Below are positions 8,352 through 18,016 of a stretch of DNA of 64,000 nucleotides, one piece after another. The DNA is from Candidatus Dojkabacteria bacterium (lineage in GTDB: Bacteria; Patescibacteriota; Dojkabacteria; SC72; JAHDCA01). Both the position numbers and the translations under genes were made by a program. The stretch lies in contig CP129478.1 in the NCBI GenBank assembly GCA_030583845.1, positions 1,930 through 65,929 of the forward strand. The letters run 5' to 3'. The notes beneath the pieces are model-generated. The model was not told the DNA's origin. It did no database searches and saw nothing but the letters and a program-made list of their open reading frames with translations. Positions within the stretch are counted from its first letter, which is position 1, and each line of letters begins with the position of its first letter.

Positions 8352-10241
8352 ATGAAATATCTCTACTTCATATTAGCCCCAGTTACTTTTCTTTCACTAT
8401 TACTACTTGCTTTGATTTATCCGTATGATGCTAATGCTGAGATCTTCCAAGTAGACCAGGGATTTGGAACCTCAGGCGAGACACTCTTACCCCTTGAAGG
8501 CATTGGTCAGCAGTTCTTCTCCATTGACATGGCTGCAAACGGCAAGTATCTTGTCGCGGGCAGCATATTAGGGGAGGATGAGCTTTCTGGAGCAACTTTA
8601 TGGCTGCTTAACAGTAATGGTACTGTCGACACGGCATTCAACACTACTGGCTACAGGATCTACAACCCAATACCAGGTGAGAGTGATCACTTTTATGATG
8701 TAGTAGAGGATGACGATGGTAGATATGTCGCACTGGGTGGTTACTCAGAAGGACTTGAGGCAATTGGCATAATTAGTAGGATTAATCCAAACTCCACTCT
8801 GGACACGACATTCAATGACGATGGCTATGCGTATTGGACAGGTACTGGAGGAGGAGATGCAGATTTCCCTAAAGTACTAATTATTGATTCTAGCGGCAAA
8901 TATGTAGTTATCGGTAGTACATGGGATGAAGACATGATAAATGTTGGTGCAATATGGCGGTTCAATACCGATGGGCTGTTGGATAACACATTTAGCGTCG
9001 ACGGAGCGGCACTCGTCCCCGAGATTGAACCAGATTACTCTTCTGTACTATTGAGTGTAGTTGAAGATAGCTCGGGTAAATATTATGCCTTAGGTAATGA
9101 TCAGAACAATACCGATCTGTTCGTGATTAGCTTTGACAATGATGGTTCTATTAATACTGATTTCGGTACTGCTGGATACTCCATCGTGGATGTTGGTATG
9201 GCAAGCTACGATGAATCTGTCGAGATGATATTGGATGGAGATAATCTTGTCATAACTGGATTTGCAGATACAGGCCCCGATGGCGATAACGATATATTTG
9301 TATTGAGAATGAATTTAGAGGGTGAAATGGATACTTCCTTCGGTACTGGCGGTATCATGCAATATGATATGGAAACCTCACCTACCGATGAAAGCAGCGA
9401 TCGACCCGATAATATTGCTGTCGACAGCCAGGGCAGATATTTGGTGAGTGCGTCTACGACATCAGAAGAGCTTTCAGAGAGTCTCTACTATGTGATGCGG
9501 ATAACAGCGGCTGGTGAGCTTGATACGACATTTGCGGATGAAGGATTTTTCTACGTAGATTCAGCATATATACTTGATCTACATGTAGACCAGCTTGATC
9601 GACAGACCTATTTACAAGCTGACATAAGCAGTGTAATGAGGGCAGAGCTTCTTTACAACGTTACCAATCTAGCTGCCGGTTTAGCAGTGGAATATAATGA
9701 GGTAAGTGTTGAAGAGGGTTCCGGCAATGGTGCTGTAGGAAATGTAGTACTCCGTCTCAGTGATGCTTCTGGTGTGATTGCTGAGGTCGTTACGAGTATG
9801 ACTCAGGATCGTGATTGGTCGACAGTCACAGCGGGAATGAGCCTTACAGAATTCAAATCTTTCGTACACAATCTACTTGACGCGGAAGGCACAGCAGCCT
9901 CATTTACCCTGTACATACCGAAACGTGCTGATGACAATAGAGTAGGGATCTGCCCAGGCGCGACAAGCCTTGCTGAAGTCACATTGGAGTGCCCAGGCTT
10001 TGTGGAATATGCTCAGGGCGATCCTGGTGTGTCAGTTGTAACGATTGATTCAGTGGAATATTGGGTAATTAGCGGCTTGACTGGAACCGGCGGTATTTCT
10101 TACAGTGAGGAAGACCTTGCGACAAGTGGGATAAACCTTGTAGCCATTATTGCACTCTCAATTCTATCAATAACTGCAGTCACAATCCTAATACTCAGAA
10201 AGTACAAAACGAAGTCGTCGAGTATCTCCGACATTAATTAA
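8352..10241 (+). CDS. Cell-surface delta-60-repeat protein with C-terminal TM anchor
   Basis: Signal peptide; at least 6 repeats of L/V-D-T-[ST]-F-x-x-x-G-[YF] spaced ~55-60 aa (LDTTFNDDGY, MDTSFGTGGI, LDTTFADEGF ...); C-terminal hydrophobic segment plus RKYKTK tail. Confidence 0.7.
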   Translation: MKYLYFILAPVTFLSLLLLALIYPYDANAEIFQVDQGFGTSGETLLPLEGIGQQFFSIDMAANGKYLVAGSILGEDELSGATLWLLNSNGTVDTAFNTTGYRIYNPIPGESDHFYDVVEDDDGRYVALGGYSEGLEAIGIISRINPNSTLDTTFNDDGYAYWTGTGGGDADFPKVLIIDSSGKYVVIGSTWDEDMINVGAIWRFNTDGLLDNTFSVDGAALVPEIEPDYSSVLLSVVEDSSGKYYALGNDQNNTDLFVISFDNDGSINTDFGTAGYSIVDVGMASYDESVEMILDGDNLVITGFADTGPDGDNDIFVLRMNLEGEMDTSFGTGGIMQYDMETSPTDESSDRPDNIAVDSQGRYLVSASTTSEELSESLYYVMRITAAGELDTTFADEGFFYVDSAYILDLHVDQLDRQTYLQADISSVMRAELLYNVTNLAAGLAVEYNEVSVEEGSGNGAVGNVVLRLSDASGVIAEVVTSMTQDRDWSTVTAGMSLTEFKSFVHNLLDAEGTAASFTLYIPKRADDNRVGICPGATSLAEVTLECPGFVEYAQGDPGVSVVTIDSVEYWVISGLTGTGGISYSEEDLATSGINLVAIIALSILSITAVTILILRKYKTKSSSISDIN

Positions 10242-10716
10242 AAGGATTTAACGGATCCCAAACAAATCGTCCAGCAGGATTATCGAATGAGTTAAAAAGT
10301 ATCCCTTCTACGGTATTTCGTGAAGGATTGTCAATATAGGCGGTGATACTGTCTGCATCTTCTGGGATCTCATCAAAGCATAACAGGGTATGACCCTCAG
10401 CAGTTATAAATTTCTCAGTTGTAACAACGCTGTTAACACCATACCTATCTGTCACAGAAACCTCACTCACACCATGGTTGAAAATGACCACTTTAAACAT
10501 GGTGACACCTGGCACCATACTGAAAATAATTTTGCCGCCACCGGCCTTCACTTCGGGAATCGGTGGCCTGTTAAAAGCTTCAGCCCATGTCTCATCAGTT
10601 GTCGGGAAAGTATTGCAGTAATTTTCCTGAGATATGGATTGCGTGCCTCCATCACTACACCCAGCTGCCATTATTGTAACTAGGCTAAGCGCCGTCAAAT
10701 ATCTCTTCATGAGCAA
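10234..10716 (-). CDS. Putative lipoprotein
   Basis: Signal peptide ending IMAAGC (lipobox-like), followed by a soluble domain. Confidence 0.5.
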   Translation of the reverse strand: MLMKRYLTALSLVTIMAAGCSDGGTQSISQENYCNTFPTTDETWAEAFNRPPIPEVKAGGGKIIFSMVPGVTMFKVVIFNHGVSEVSVTDRYGVNSVVTTEKFITAEGHTLLCFDEIPEDADSITAYIDNPSRNTVEGILFNSFDNPAGRFVWDPLNPFN

Positions 10717-10769
10717 GGATTATACAGGATGAATGTCACAAGTACGAGTGCACACTATGAATTGCTAGG

Positions 10770-12593
10770 CTATCTATAACCCTTCGACTGCAATTCAAAA
10801 GCATGAGCATACTTCCCACCAAGCTTCATCAGCTCATCATGGCTTCCCTCTTCGACGATCTCCCCTTTATCAAAAACAATAATCCTGTCAGCATTCCTCA
10901 CAGTAGAGAAACGATGCGAGATAATAATGACCGTCTTGCCATTGATAAATTCATATATTCTATTGAAGATGTTTGCTTCCGCTACAGCATCAATTGCAGC
11001 TGTTGGCTCGTCAAGTATCAGGATAGGTGCATTGCGATAAAAGAAACGCGCAATCGCAATCTTCTGCCACTGACCAGTAGATGGTCGAGTACCTCCCTCA
11101 TATCGCTCGCTCAGTACCTGCTCAAATTGGTCGTCAAATTTCATGATAAAGTCATAAGCATCAGCCTTCTTTGCTGAGCCTATCAATGCCTCATCTTTTA
11201 TCTCCTCATCGATACGGCCAATAGCAATATTCTGCGCGGCGGTCAGGTCTTCATACTTATTGAAATCCTGAAACAGCACGCCAAGATTTCTATACCATGA
11301 AGCCGATTTAATGTTATTAAGATCCTCACCATCGATCAGTATTTTACCCTTTGTTACGGGGTAGATGCTGCTGATTAATTTAACAAGTGTCGTCTTTCCC
11401 GCACCGTTTTCACCTACGATGGCTATTTTCTCACCAGGATTAATCTTAAGGTTGAGGTTCTTTATCACATAGCGGCTTGCGTTGGGGTATTTAAACGAGA
11501 TGTTCTGGAGGTCGATTGTTGGAGGGACTATGAGCTTCTCGATTGGTTTTTTCATTGATTCGTCGTCTTCAGGCCACTCGAGAAGTTTGCGAACTTCAGT
11601 AATTCGCTCATTTTCAGCTGCAAAATCAGCATAATTTGCTGTAAAGCTGTCGATCGTCCAGCTAATACTTGTTAGTGCGCCTACAAGAAATGTCAGTCCT
11701 CCTATTGTGATTTCACCTAAAGCGGCAAGCTGGATCAGCTGGTATAAACCAACTAATATGACAGCGCATGATAACAACGTATTCAGCACATCAAAGTTGC
11801 TCCATCTCTTAAAGATTTTCGATTTCTCTTCATGAAACTTGCCCATGTACTCCTCGAAGAAGCTTTTAATAAACTGATAAGCATTCAGTAGTCGTATCTC
11901 CTTGAGAGTGGCTGGTGAACTAAGCATGCCCACCGTACCCCAAGCCACTCTACTTGATACCAGTGTCTCCTTATCCAAATCCCAAAGTTTCTTCAATTCA
12001 CGACGATTAACGAATAATGCAGGAATAGATGCGAGTACAGCCAACATTGTCACTAACGGTAACTGAGTAAACAGAGGTGTTATTGCTAAGAGCATTGCAC
12101 CTGTTACGCCAATGAGCGTGTGAACCTTCCTCGTAGACTCTCTGAAAAGATAATCATTCTGTCCATACAGATTAATCAGATTTTGGACCTTCGAATCTTC
12201 TAAGGCTGCTGTATCAAGCCTACTTAGTTTCTCATAGAGAAGTCTTGAGGGTAATTCACGGCCTAACTTAAGCCCAATCAAATTAGCAGAATAGTTTCGT
12301 ACTACACTCATCAGGCCAGAAAAGAGAAAAAAGACCGCAAAAAGTGATAACGATTTTAAAATCAGCAGGTCGTTATCTGGTGAGTTAACATATTGAATAC
12401 TCCAATCGATGACAAGACCCAATACGAATGCCCTCACTAATGCGCCACTGTTGTTCCATATGCTTGCTACAGTGCTGGCTATAACCAAAAATGGCTCTGA
12501 TACATAACTGAGCTTCAAAATCCAGTAGCTATTTTTAATAAGACTTTGCTTATCCTTTTGATTGTTTGTTATTTCTAAGGCCTTTTTAGACAT
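10770..12593 (-). CDS. ABC transporter, fused permease/ATP-binding exporter (MsbA/bacteriocin-exporter type without a C39 domain)
   Basis: N-terminal 6-TM domain; Walker A GENGAGKTT, signature STGQWQKIAIAR, Walker B ILILDEPT. Confidence 0.9.
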   Translation of the reverse strand: MSKKALEITNNQKDKQSLIKNSYWILKLSYVSEPFLVIASTVASIWNNSGALVRAFVLGLVIDWSIQYVNSPDNDLLILKSLSLFAVFFLFSGLMSVVRNYSANLIGLKLGRELPSRLLYEKLSRLDTAALEDSKVQNLINLYGQNDYLFRESTRKVHTLIGVTGAMLLAITPLFTQLPLVTMLAVLASIPALFVNRRELKKLWDLDKETLVSSRVAWGTVGMLSSPATLKEIRLLNAYQFIKSFFEEYMGKFHEEKSKIFKRWSNFDVLNTLLSCAVILVGLYQLIQLAALGEITIGGLTFLVGALTSISWTIDSFTANYADFAAENERITEVRKLLEWPEDDESMKKPIEKLIVPPTIDLQNISFKYPNASRYVIKNLNLKINPGEKIAIVGENGAGKTTLVKLISSIYPVTKGKILIDGEDLNNIKSASWYRNLGVLFQDFNKYEDLTAAQNIAIGRIDEEIKDEALIGSAKKADAYDFIMKFDDQFEQVLSERYEGGTRPSTGQWQKIAIARFFYRNAPILILDEPTAAIDAVAEANIFNRIYEFINGKTVIIISHRFSTVRNADRIIVFDKGEIVEEGSHDELMKLGGKYAHAFELQSKGYR

Positions 12594-12783
12594 GTACAGA
12601 TTATACCAGCAAAAACAGCTTATATAAAGGCTTAATTTACTATTTACATATCAAACCCTACCTTTACCTGATCCTAGCAAACACCATGTCGGCTTAGCAA
12701 CAGCAAGTCTATGAGTATTTTTGCATTTAACAAACAGATGATATGATTGTAGTTAAATAATCTGTGATAACTGTGCGGTTTAC

Positions 12784-13509
12784 ATGAAGGCTATCTTTTT
12801 CGACCTCGATAATACTCTATATGACTATGATTCTGTAGATGTAATAGCAACTGAGGCGCTATTCAAGGAGTTTCAAAATGATAAGAAAATGGAGTTTGAG
12901 GAGTTTAATAGGCTTTACAAAGAATCAAAGGATGAAATCAAGCGGGAGCTAGTCGGATCTGCCGCTTCGCATAATAGGATTCTTTATATACAAAGGTTAA
13001 CTGAAAAAGTGCATAAAACAGCTACTCCGGAAAGGATTTTAGCTCTTTACCATGCATACTGGGATACCCTTATTGAGAATATGAAGCTGCTTGATGGAGT
13101 CATTGAGCTGTTTAAGTACCTACAAGATGAAGGCTTAAAGATTATTATCGTTACAAACCTCACTGCCTACATACAGATGCGCAAAATCAAGACATTAGGT
13201 ATCTCAGAATATGTCGATGACGTCATTACCAGTGAAGAGGCAGGTTTTGATAAGCCGCATCCCTCAAATTTCTTGCTGGCACTTCATCAATCCAACCTTC
13301 TACCCGCTGATGTCGTAATGGTTGGCGACAATCTGCTAGCCGATATTGAGGGTGCGAAAGCAGTCGAAGTTAAGACGGTATGGTTCAAATTTGGAAAGCA
13401 TGGTGCGGAAGAGCCTAAGAACCCATATCAACAGCCTGATTACACTGTATCATCGCATATGGAGTTAATGGCATTGATTAAAAGCTGGAGAGAAGTCGTG
13501 ACAGCCTAG
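12784..13509 (+). CDS. HAD-superfamily hydrolase (subfamily IA-like)
   Basis: Motif I FFDLDNTLYD; motif II VTN; VGDNLLADIEGA motif IV. Confidence 0.85.
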   Translation: MKAIFFDLDNTLYDYDSVDVIATEALFKEFQNDKKMEFEEFNRLYKESKDEIKRELVGSAASHNRILYIQRLTEKVHKTATPERILALYHAYWDTLIENMKLLDGVIELFKYLQDEGLKIIIVTNLTAYIQMRKIKTLGISEYVDDVITSEEAGFDKPHPSNFLLALHQSNLLPADVVMVGDNLLADIEGAKAVEVKTVWFKFGKHGAEEPKNPYQQPDYTVSSHMELMALIKSWREVVTA

Positions 13510-13515
13510 AGGTAA

Positions 13516-13950
13516 CTACTTTTTCTCGCCGAAAATCCTCTTAGCATCCACGTACGATTTCTTGACTATCTCCTCAAGTACATCCATATCTACATCTGCG
13601 AGCTTGTTGATATAAAGACAGCCCACGCTTGTCTTGCACTTACCAAGCTTCTCAACCAGATGTTCAATTCCTTCGAAGCCACGCATCACATATAGGGTGA
13701 GGCTCTGTTTACGCGGTGAGAAAGCTACAAGCGGCCAATCGCCTTCCTGGCTACTACGTTCGGATTTGTAATGATACATGCCGTAACCAACTATTGCTGT
13801 ACCCCACATTTGCGGCTCAAGGCCTGTGACCTTCTTATACAGTTTCAATAGTACTTGAGAATCCTCTCGGCGAGTCTTATTCTCTACTGAATTGATGAAA
13901 TCCTCTACACTAGCGTCCGTTGGTTTTGTTTTTAGTTCTGCCATGCTCAA
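13516..13950 (-). CDS. DUF1801 (YdhG-like) domain protein
   Basis: 144 aa; conserved MWG...YGMYHY...FSPRKQSLTLY pattern. Confidence 0.65.
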   Translation of the reverse strand: MSMAELKTKPTDASVEDFINSVENKTRREDSQVLLKLYKKVTGLEPQMWGTAIVGYGMYHYKSERSSQEGDWPLVAFSPRKQSLTLYVMRGFEGIEHLVEKLGKCKTSVGCLYINKLADVDMDVLEEIVKKSYVDAKRIFGEKK

Positions 13951-14080
13951 TTTTAGCCTGTGTATATGCAGGAATCAAGCTCGAGTTGGCAGCAAGTATT
14001 CGGTAGATGCTAGCAGTAATCTATATTATACTAAAATCAGACATGAATTCGTGTTCCTACATATTTTTCTCACTGCTCTA

Positions 14081-17000
14081 ATGAATAGGATGTCATTACG
14101 AAAAATAAAGGTCTCAATAGTATTAGCTATCGCAATATTGGCTTCGGCCTTACTATTCAATCTGATACCAAGAACAGAGGCTACAGCTGCTACCTTTACG
14201 GTAACTAACACGAATGATAGCGGCGCAGGGAGCTTGAGACAGGCTATCACAGATGCTAATGCGACCTCTGCTCCGGACATAATAGAATTTGCAATCCCAA
14301 CAAGTGATCCTAACTACAATGCTACCTATGGATTTTTCAATATCGATATCCAAACAGTGCTTCCGACTATTACATTCCCATTACACATAGACGGCGCAAG
14401 CCAGGCAACAAATATAGGTGATACTAATCCGGGCACAATTGGAAGTGCACTACCTGTTGGCAATCTTGGCGCTACATTATCACCAATAGATAAGCCCGAA
14501 ATAGTAATCAGACCTGAGACAGGCTTCTTTGTAAATATTGGTCTATACACCCTTGCCTCCAGCAGCACAACTATAGAAGGTCTAGCGATATACGGATTTG
14601 GTCCTAGTGGGGGATCAGGCAACTCTGCACATGGAAACATCAGGGTGGGAGCTGGTAACGTCACGGTTCGCAATAATGTAATTGGTACTGCCCCAATCGA
14701 CTTTGCTTCTGGGCCAGCTGGATACACTAACCTGGCAAACCACATTTCGGGTAACTATTTCCAAAACCTACAAGTCGAAAATAATCTATTCGGGTATAGC
14801 AATTATGCTGGGGTTGCACTGATCAACTCTGCCTTCGACCAGATCATGAACGGAATAGTGATTCAAGAAAATCAGTTTATCGACTTAGGAGGATTAAATT
14901 CTACCAACCCTATCGAGATCCAGAACAGGTATCAAACTATTACAGCCTCAATCGAGCGCAACTACTTCTCCAGTAATAAGGGTGACCCACAAATAGACCT
15001 CGTCGGAGCGCAAACTGGAGGGATTGGATCAATTGTGACAGTAACATGTAACGAGAACAGTATAGTAAACAGCTCCAATACACTTGCTTCGCCTGCTGGG
15101 ATCAGACTTTGGGGAGTACAGAGCTCTACAATAATGAATAACGTCATCACAGCAAACCATAGCTCTGGGGTAAAGGTTGTGACCAGTTTGGGACATGCAA
15201 CAGCTCCAACACCCTCGTACTACAACAGGATAAGCCAAAACAGCTTTGGAGATAACGATACTATAGCAATCGATAACTGTGTTAACTGTGTGTCGGTACC
15301 AGCGAATCAAGGTATTACAGTGAACGATGGGGTGTATGACAACACATATGGAAATATGGGGCTAGATTATCCTGTTCTCTCTTCTGCAACTCTAATAAAT
15401 GAGAGATGGCTGCAGATAGATGGATCAGCCGAGCCTGAGAGTGATGTAGAGGTTTATAGAGCTGTGGCAGATGGTGACGGTAGTGATACCAGTGCATCAA
15501 TCAACTATGGCGAAGGAGTAGAGTATCTCGCTACTTCCACATCAGACTTAGCAGGAGACTTTGGGGGAGTATTTGACACACTCGGCAGTGGACTAACATC
15601 CTCAGGCTCGATTAGCTCGCTAACTATAGATTCAGATAACAATACTTCCGAATTTAGCAACAATTCAACGCTCAACACGCAGCAGGCATATCTTGGATTG
15701 GCAAAAAGCGCCTCAAGCATCGCTCGCACTAGCAATAACAGCTACAACGTAACATATCTTTACACAGTAACAAACACAGGGGATGTACCAGCACAGCTTA
15801 CAAGCTTAGTTGATGATCTTAATCCTATAAACTCCCAGGTTGCAGAGATGACCATTGTCTCGCTTACATCTGCGAATCTAACAATCAACAACAATTATAA
15901 CGGATTAAATGACACCGAGCTTCTCGGAGCTGACTACACCTTGGCCGCCTCAGCCAGCGTCCAGCTTTCCCTGACATTACATATCACGATTGAGAGCTCA
16001 GTGGACCTTTCGAATAGCGCATCTCTTGCCGGTACAGCACTTTCTGTCATCCCATTGGCTGACACCTCCCACACAGGGACAAATCCCGACCCGAACAGCA
16101 ACGGCAATCCGACAGAGGCGGAGGAGTCGAGCCCGACTATCGTATCGTTGGAGCTAATTGAGGAGCCACCACCAGAGCCTGTGCCTGAGCCTGAGCCAAC
16201 GCCTTCTCCGGCTCCGCAACCAACCCCCGAGCCAGAGCCCGAGCCGGAGGAGCAGCTGACAGAAGAACCACAAGTGCCGGAGGCGCCTATCGTTATCCCT
16301 CCAGTTGACGACCCACCTGTAAGCACACCAACAGAAGGCAGTCAGCTCAGCCGACTAAACGCTCAGATAGGTGAGATTGCGGAGGAGATCTATAGCGCTA
16401 CATTGCAAGCAGCTGAAGTATGGGAAGAAGAGCGATACGACATCGTTACTGTTGGGACGGTCTCTTCTGTACTCATTGCCTATCTGCTTTTCTTTATAAA
16501 TGAATTACCGGCGTTGGTACTTAGGGGCTGGCTTGCGCTGCTAACTCTACTCGGGCTTAGACGCACAGTGCCATTCGGAGTTGTCTACGACTCACTCGAC
16601 AAGGTGCCAATAAGCAATGCTATAGTAAGGGCATATGACCCCAATCGTAGGCTTGTGTCGACCAATGTGACTCAATATAACGGTGTGTTCAATATGTCCC
16701 TTACCAATGGTCAATACGACTTGAGTGTGGCCAAGCCTGGTTACAATTTCCCTTCACAGCTAATCAAGACCCCAACCGACGGAAGTTACCAGAACATCTA
16801 TACTGGAGGTCAATTTACACACAACTCGGAGATCACAGTCGATAAGGCTGTGCCAATTGACAGGTCTGATTTCGACAAGGTTGAGGCGCTTGCGAAAATT
16901 GCGAAGAGCTATCTGGTCAATGGATTCTTCGTGCTGGTTAAGCTACTAACATTTGTAGGGCTCTTCTTCTCGGTATTTATCTTCTTGCACAATAGGAACA

Positions 17001-17386
17001 CTCAAAACCTTGTAATTATGCTGATTTATACCATACCTGTGGTTTTGATTCTTGCTCAGCGAGTGCTGAAGAAAAGCTACTCATGGGGTGTTATAAGAGA
17101 TGTGGAGGATAAGCCTGTCGAGGGAGTTGAGCTCATGGTTGTTGAAGATGAAACCGACCGAATCATCCAGAAGGTGAAGAGCGACTCGGCAGGTAGATAT
17201 AGGTTTGTTGTAAATAAGGGGAAGTACCGGATAGAAGCGATGGGGATGTACAGGATAGTTGGGGGGAAGACGAAGTTTAGTGCGCGGCGGCAGCATACGA
17301 TTATTGAACCGAATCTTACGGTCTCCAGAGAGTTCGCAGGAAATGTCGCATCACCCCAGTCAATGCCGGCTGCTGCGACTGGTTAG
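14081..17386 (+). CDS. Giant surface protein (~1100 aa): signal peptide, right-handed beta-helix region, DUF11-like repeat, PEP-rich linker, multi-TM segment with two CarboxypepD_reg-like domains
   Basis: Start moved to ATG 14081 (MNRMSLRK..) because the upstream ORF start overlaps the convergent DUF1801 gene. Evidence: TFTVTNTNDSGAGSLRQAITDANA beta-helix lead motif; TYLYTVTNTGDVPAQLTSLVDDL (DUF11-like); EPPPEPVPEPEPTPSPAPQPTPEPEPEPEE linker; several TM helices; VRAYDPNRRLV..GQYDLSVAKPGYNF and GVIRDVEDKPVEGV..GRYRF carboxypeptidase-regulatory-like motifs. Confidence 0.7.
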   Translation: MNRMSLRKIKVSIVLAIAILASALLFNLIPRTEATAATFTVTNTNDSGAGSLRQAITDANATSAPDIIEFAIPTSDPNYNATYGFFNIDIQTVLPTITFPLHIDGASQATNIGDTNPGTIGSALPVGNLGATLSPIDKPEIVIRPETGFFVNIGLYTLASSSTTIEGLAIYGFGPSGGSGNSAHGNIRVGAGNVTVRNNVIGTAPIDFASGPAGYTNLANHISGNYFQNLQVENNLFGYSNYAGVALINSAFDQIMNGIVIQENQFIDLGGLNSTNPIEIQNRYQTITASIERNYFSSNKGDPQIDLVGAQTGGIGSIVTVTCNENSIVNSSNTLASPAGIRLWGVQSSTIMNNVITANHSSGVKVVTSLGHATAPTPSYYNRISQNSFGDNDTIAIDNCVNCVSVPANQGITVNDGVYDNTYGNMGLDYPVLSSATLINERWLQIDGSAEPESDVEVYRAVADGDGSDTSASINYGEGVEYLATSTSDLAGDFGGVFDTLGSGLTSSGSISSLTIDSDNNTSEFSNNSTLNTQQAYLGLAKSASSIARTSNNSYNVTYLYTVTNTGDVPAQLTSLVDDLNPINSQVAEMTIVSLTSANLTINNNYNGLNDTELLGADYTLAASASVQLSLTLHITIESSVDLSNSASLAGTALSVIPLADTSHTGTNPDPNSNGNPTEAEESSPTIVSLELIEEPPPEPVPEPEPTPSPAPQPTPEPEPEPEEQLTEEPQVPEAPIVIPPVDDPPVSTPTEGSQLSRLNAQIGEIAEEIYSATLQAAEVWEEERYDIVTVGTVSSVLIAYLLFFINELPALVLRGWLALLTLLGLRRTVPFGVVYDSLDKVPISNAIVRAYDPNRRLVSTNVTQYNGVFNMSLTNGQYDLSVAKPGYNFPSQLIKTPTDGSYQNIYTGGQFTHNSEITVDKAVPIDRSDFDKVEALAKIAKSYLVNGFFVLVKLLTFVGLFFSVFIFLHNRNTQNLVIMLIYTIPVVLILAQRVLKKSYSWGVIRDVEDKPVEGVELMVVEDETDRIIQKVKSDSAGRYRFVVNKGKYRIEAMGMYRIVGGKTKFSARRQHTIIEPNLTVSREFAGNVASPQSMPAAATG

Positions 17387-17415
17387 GTTATCTACTGAAC
17401 AACTGCCGTTGATGA

Positions 17416-17967
17416 ATGATAGGATTGACGCGCTATACTGTTTGTATGGCAAGAATTGAAATACTTATTCCCGTATTAAGCAGCGCACGCGAACCAGTGT
17501 TCGAGGGCAAGGTAATAGATGTGTGGGAGGGTTGGAGTATAAACAGTCTAAGAGCACATAATGTAGGGACACTAACGACAGAGCTGTCTCGTAGAAGGGG
17601 CACGAATAGGAGAGAGACATTAAGCTTTTATGACCCACGTTCAGGGCAACGGGTACCAATATTCATAGCAGGACAAGTTCTCGATGATAGAACAGCGCTC
17701 TTTGCAAAATATGAACTTTATAATGGCGACGCCTACAGATATGTAGAGACACAAGTCAGCGGGGAATTCATAACACCAATTTTTGAAAATAATGGACAGC
17801 TATACAGCTCACGGCGGGAGAACACATCAACATGGCCAGCAACACATCTATTTTTTCCTAATGTCATTACCTTTCAAGAATTGTTTGCAAGATATGCCAC
17901 TGAACCAGAGGATGACTTTGCTCAGATATTTACATTCTATCCACCAGAGCCGCTGGAAGAGCTTTAA
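17416..17967 (+). CDS. Hypothetical protein (likely start MARIEIL at 17446)
   Basis: 183 aa ORF, no recognisable domain. Confidence 0.4.
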   Translation: MIGLTRYTVCMARIEILIPVLSSAREPVFEGKVIDVWEGWSINSLRAHNVGTLTTELSRRRGTNRRETLSFYDPRSGQRVPIFIAGQVLDDRTALFAKYELYNGDAYRYVETQVSGEFITPIFENNGQLYSSRRENTSTWPATHLFFPNVITFQELFARYATEPEDDFAQIFTFYPPEPLEEL

Positions 17968-18016
17968 ACCGAACCGCCGTGCATGTATTATGAGTAGTAG
18001 CTAACATGTAACTCAC

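Noticed and set aside
13892-14080. Long 5' extension of the giant surface-protein ORF (ORF-track start 13892)
   Set aside because: It overlaps the 5' end of the convergent DUF1801 gene on the other strand and encodes no signal peptide. The internal ATG at 14081 (MNRMSLRK, followed by a hydrophobic signal) is the likely start.
14026-16326. Multiple minus-strand ORFs (14026..14280, 14153..14353, 14326..14745, 14962..15150, 15029..15310, 15315..15500, 15505..15735, 15934..16326) antisense to the giant surface-protein gene
   Set aside because: All lie within one continuous 3.3-kb plus-strand CDS with clear domain content; these are antisense frame artefacts.
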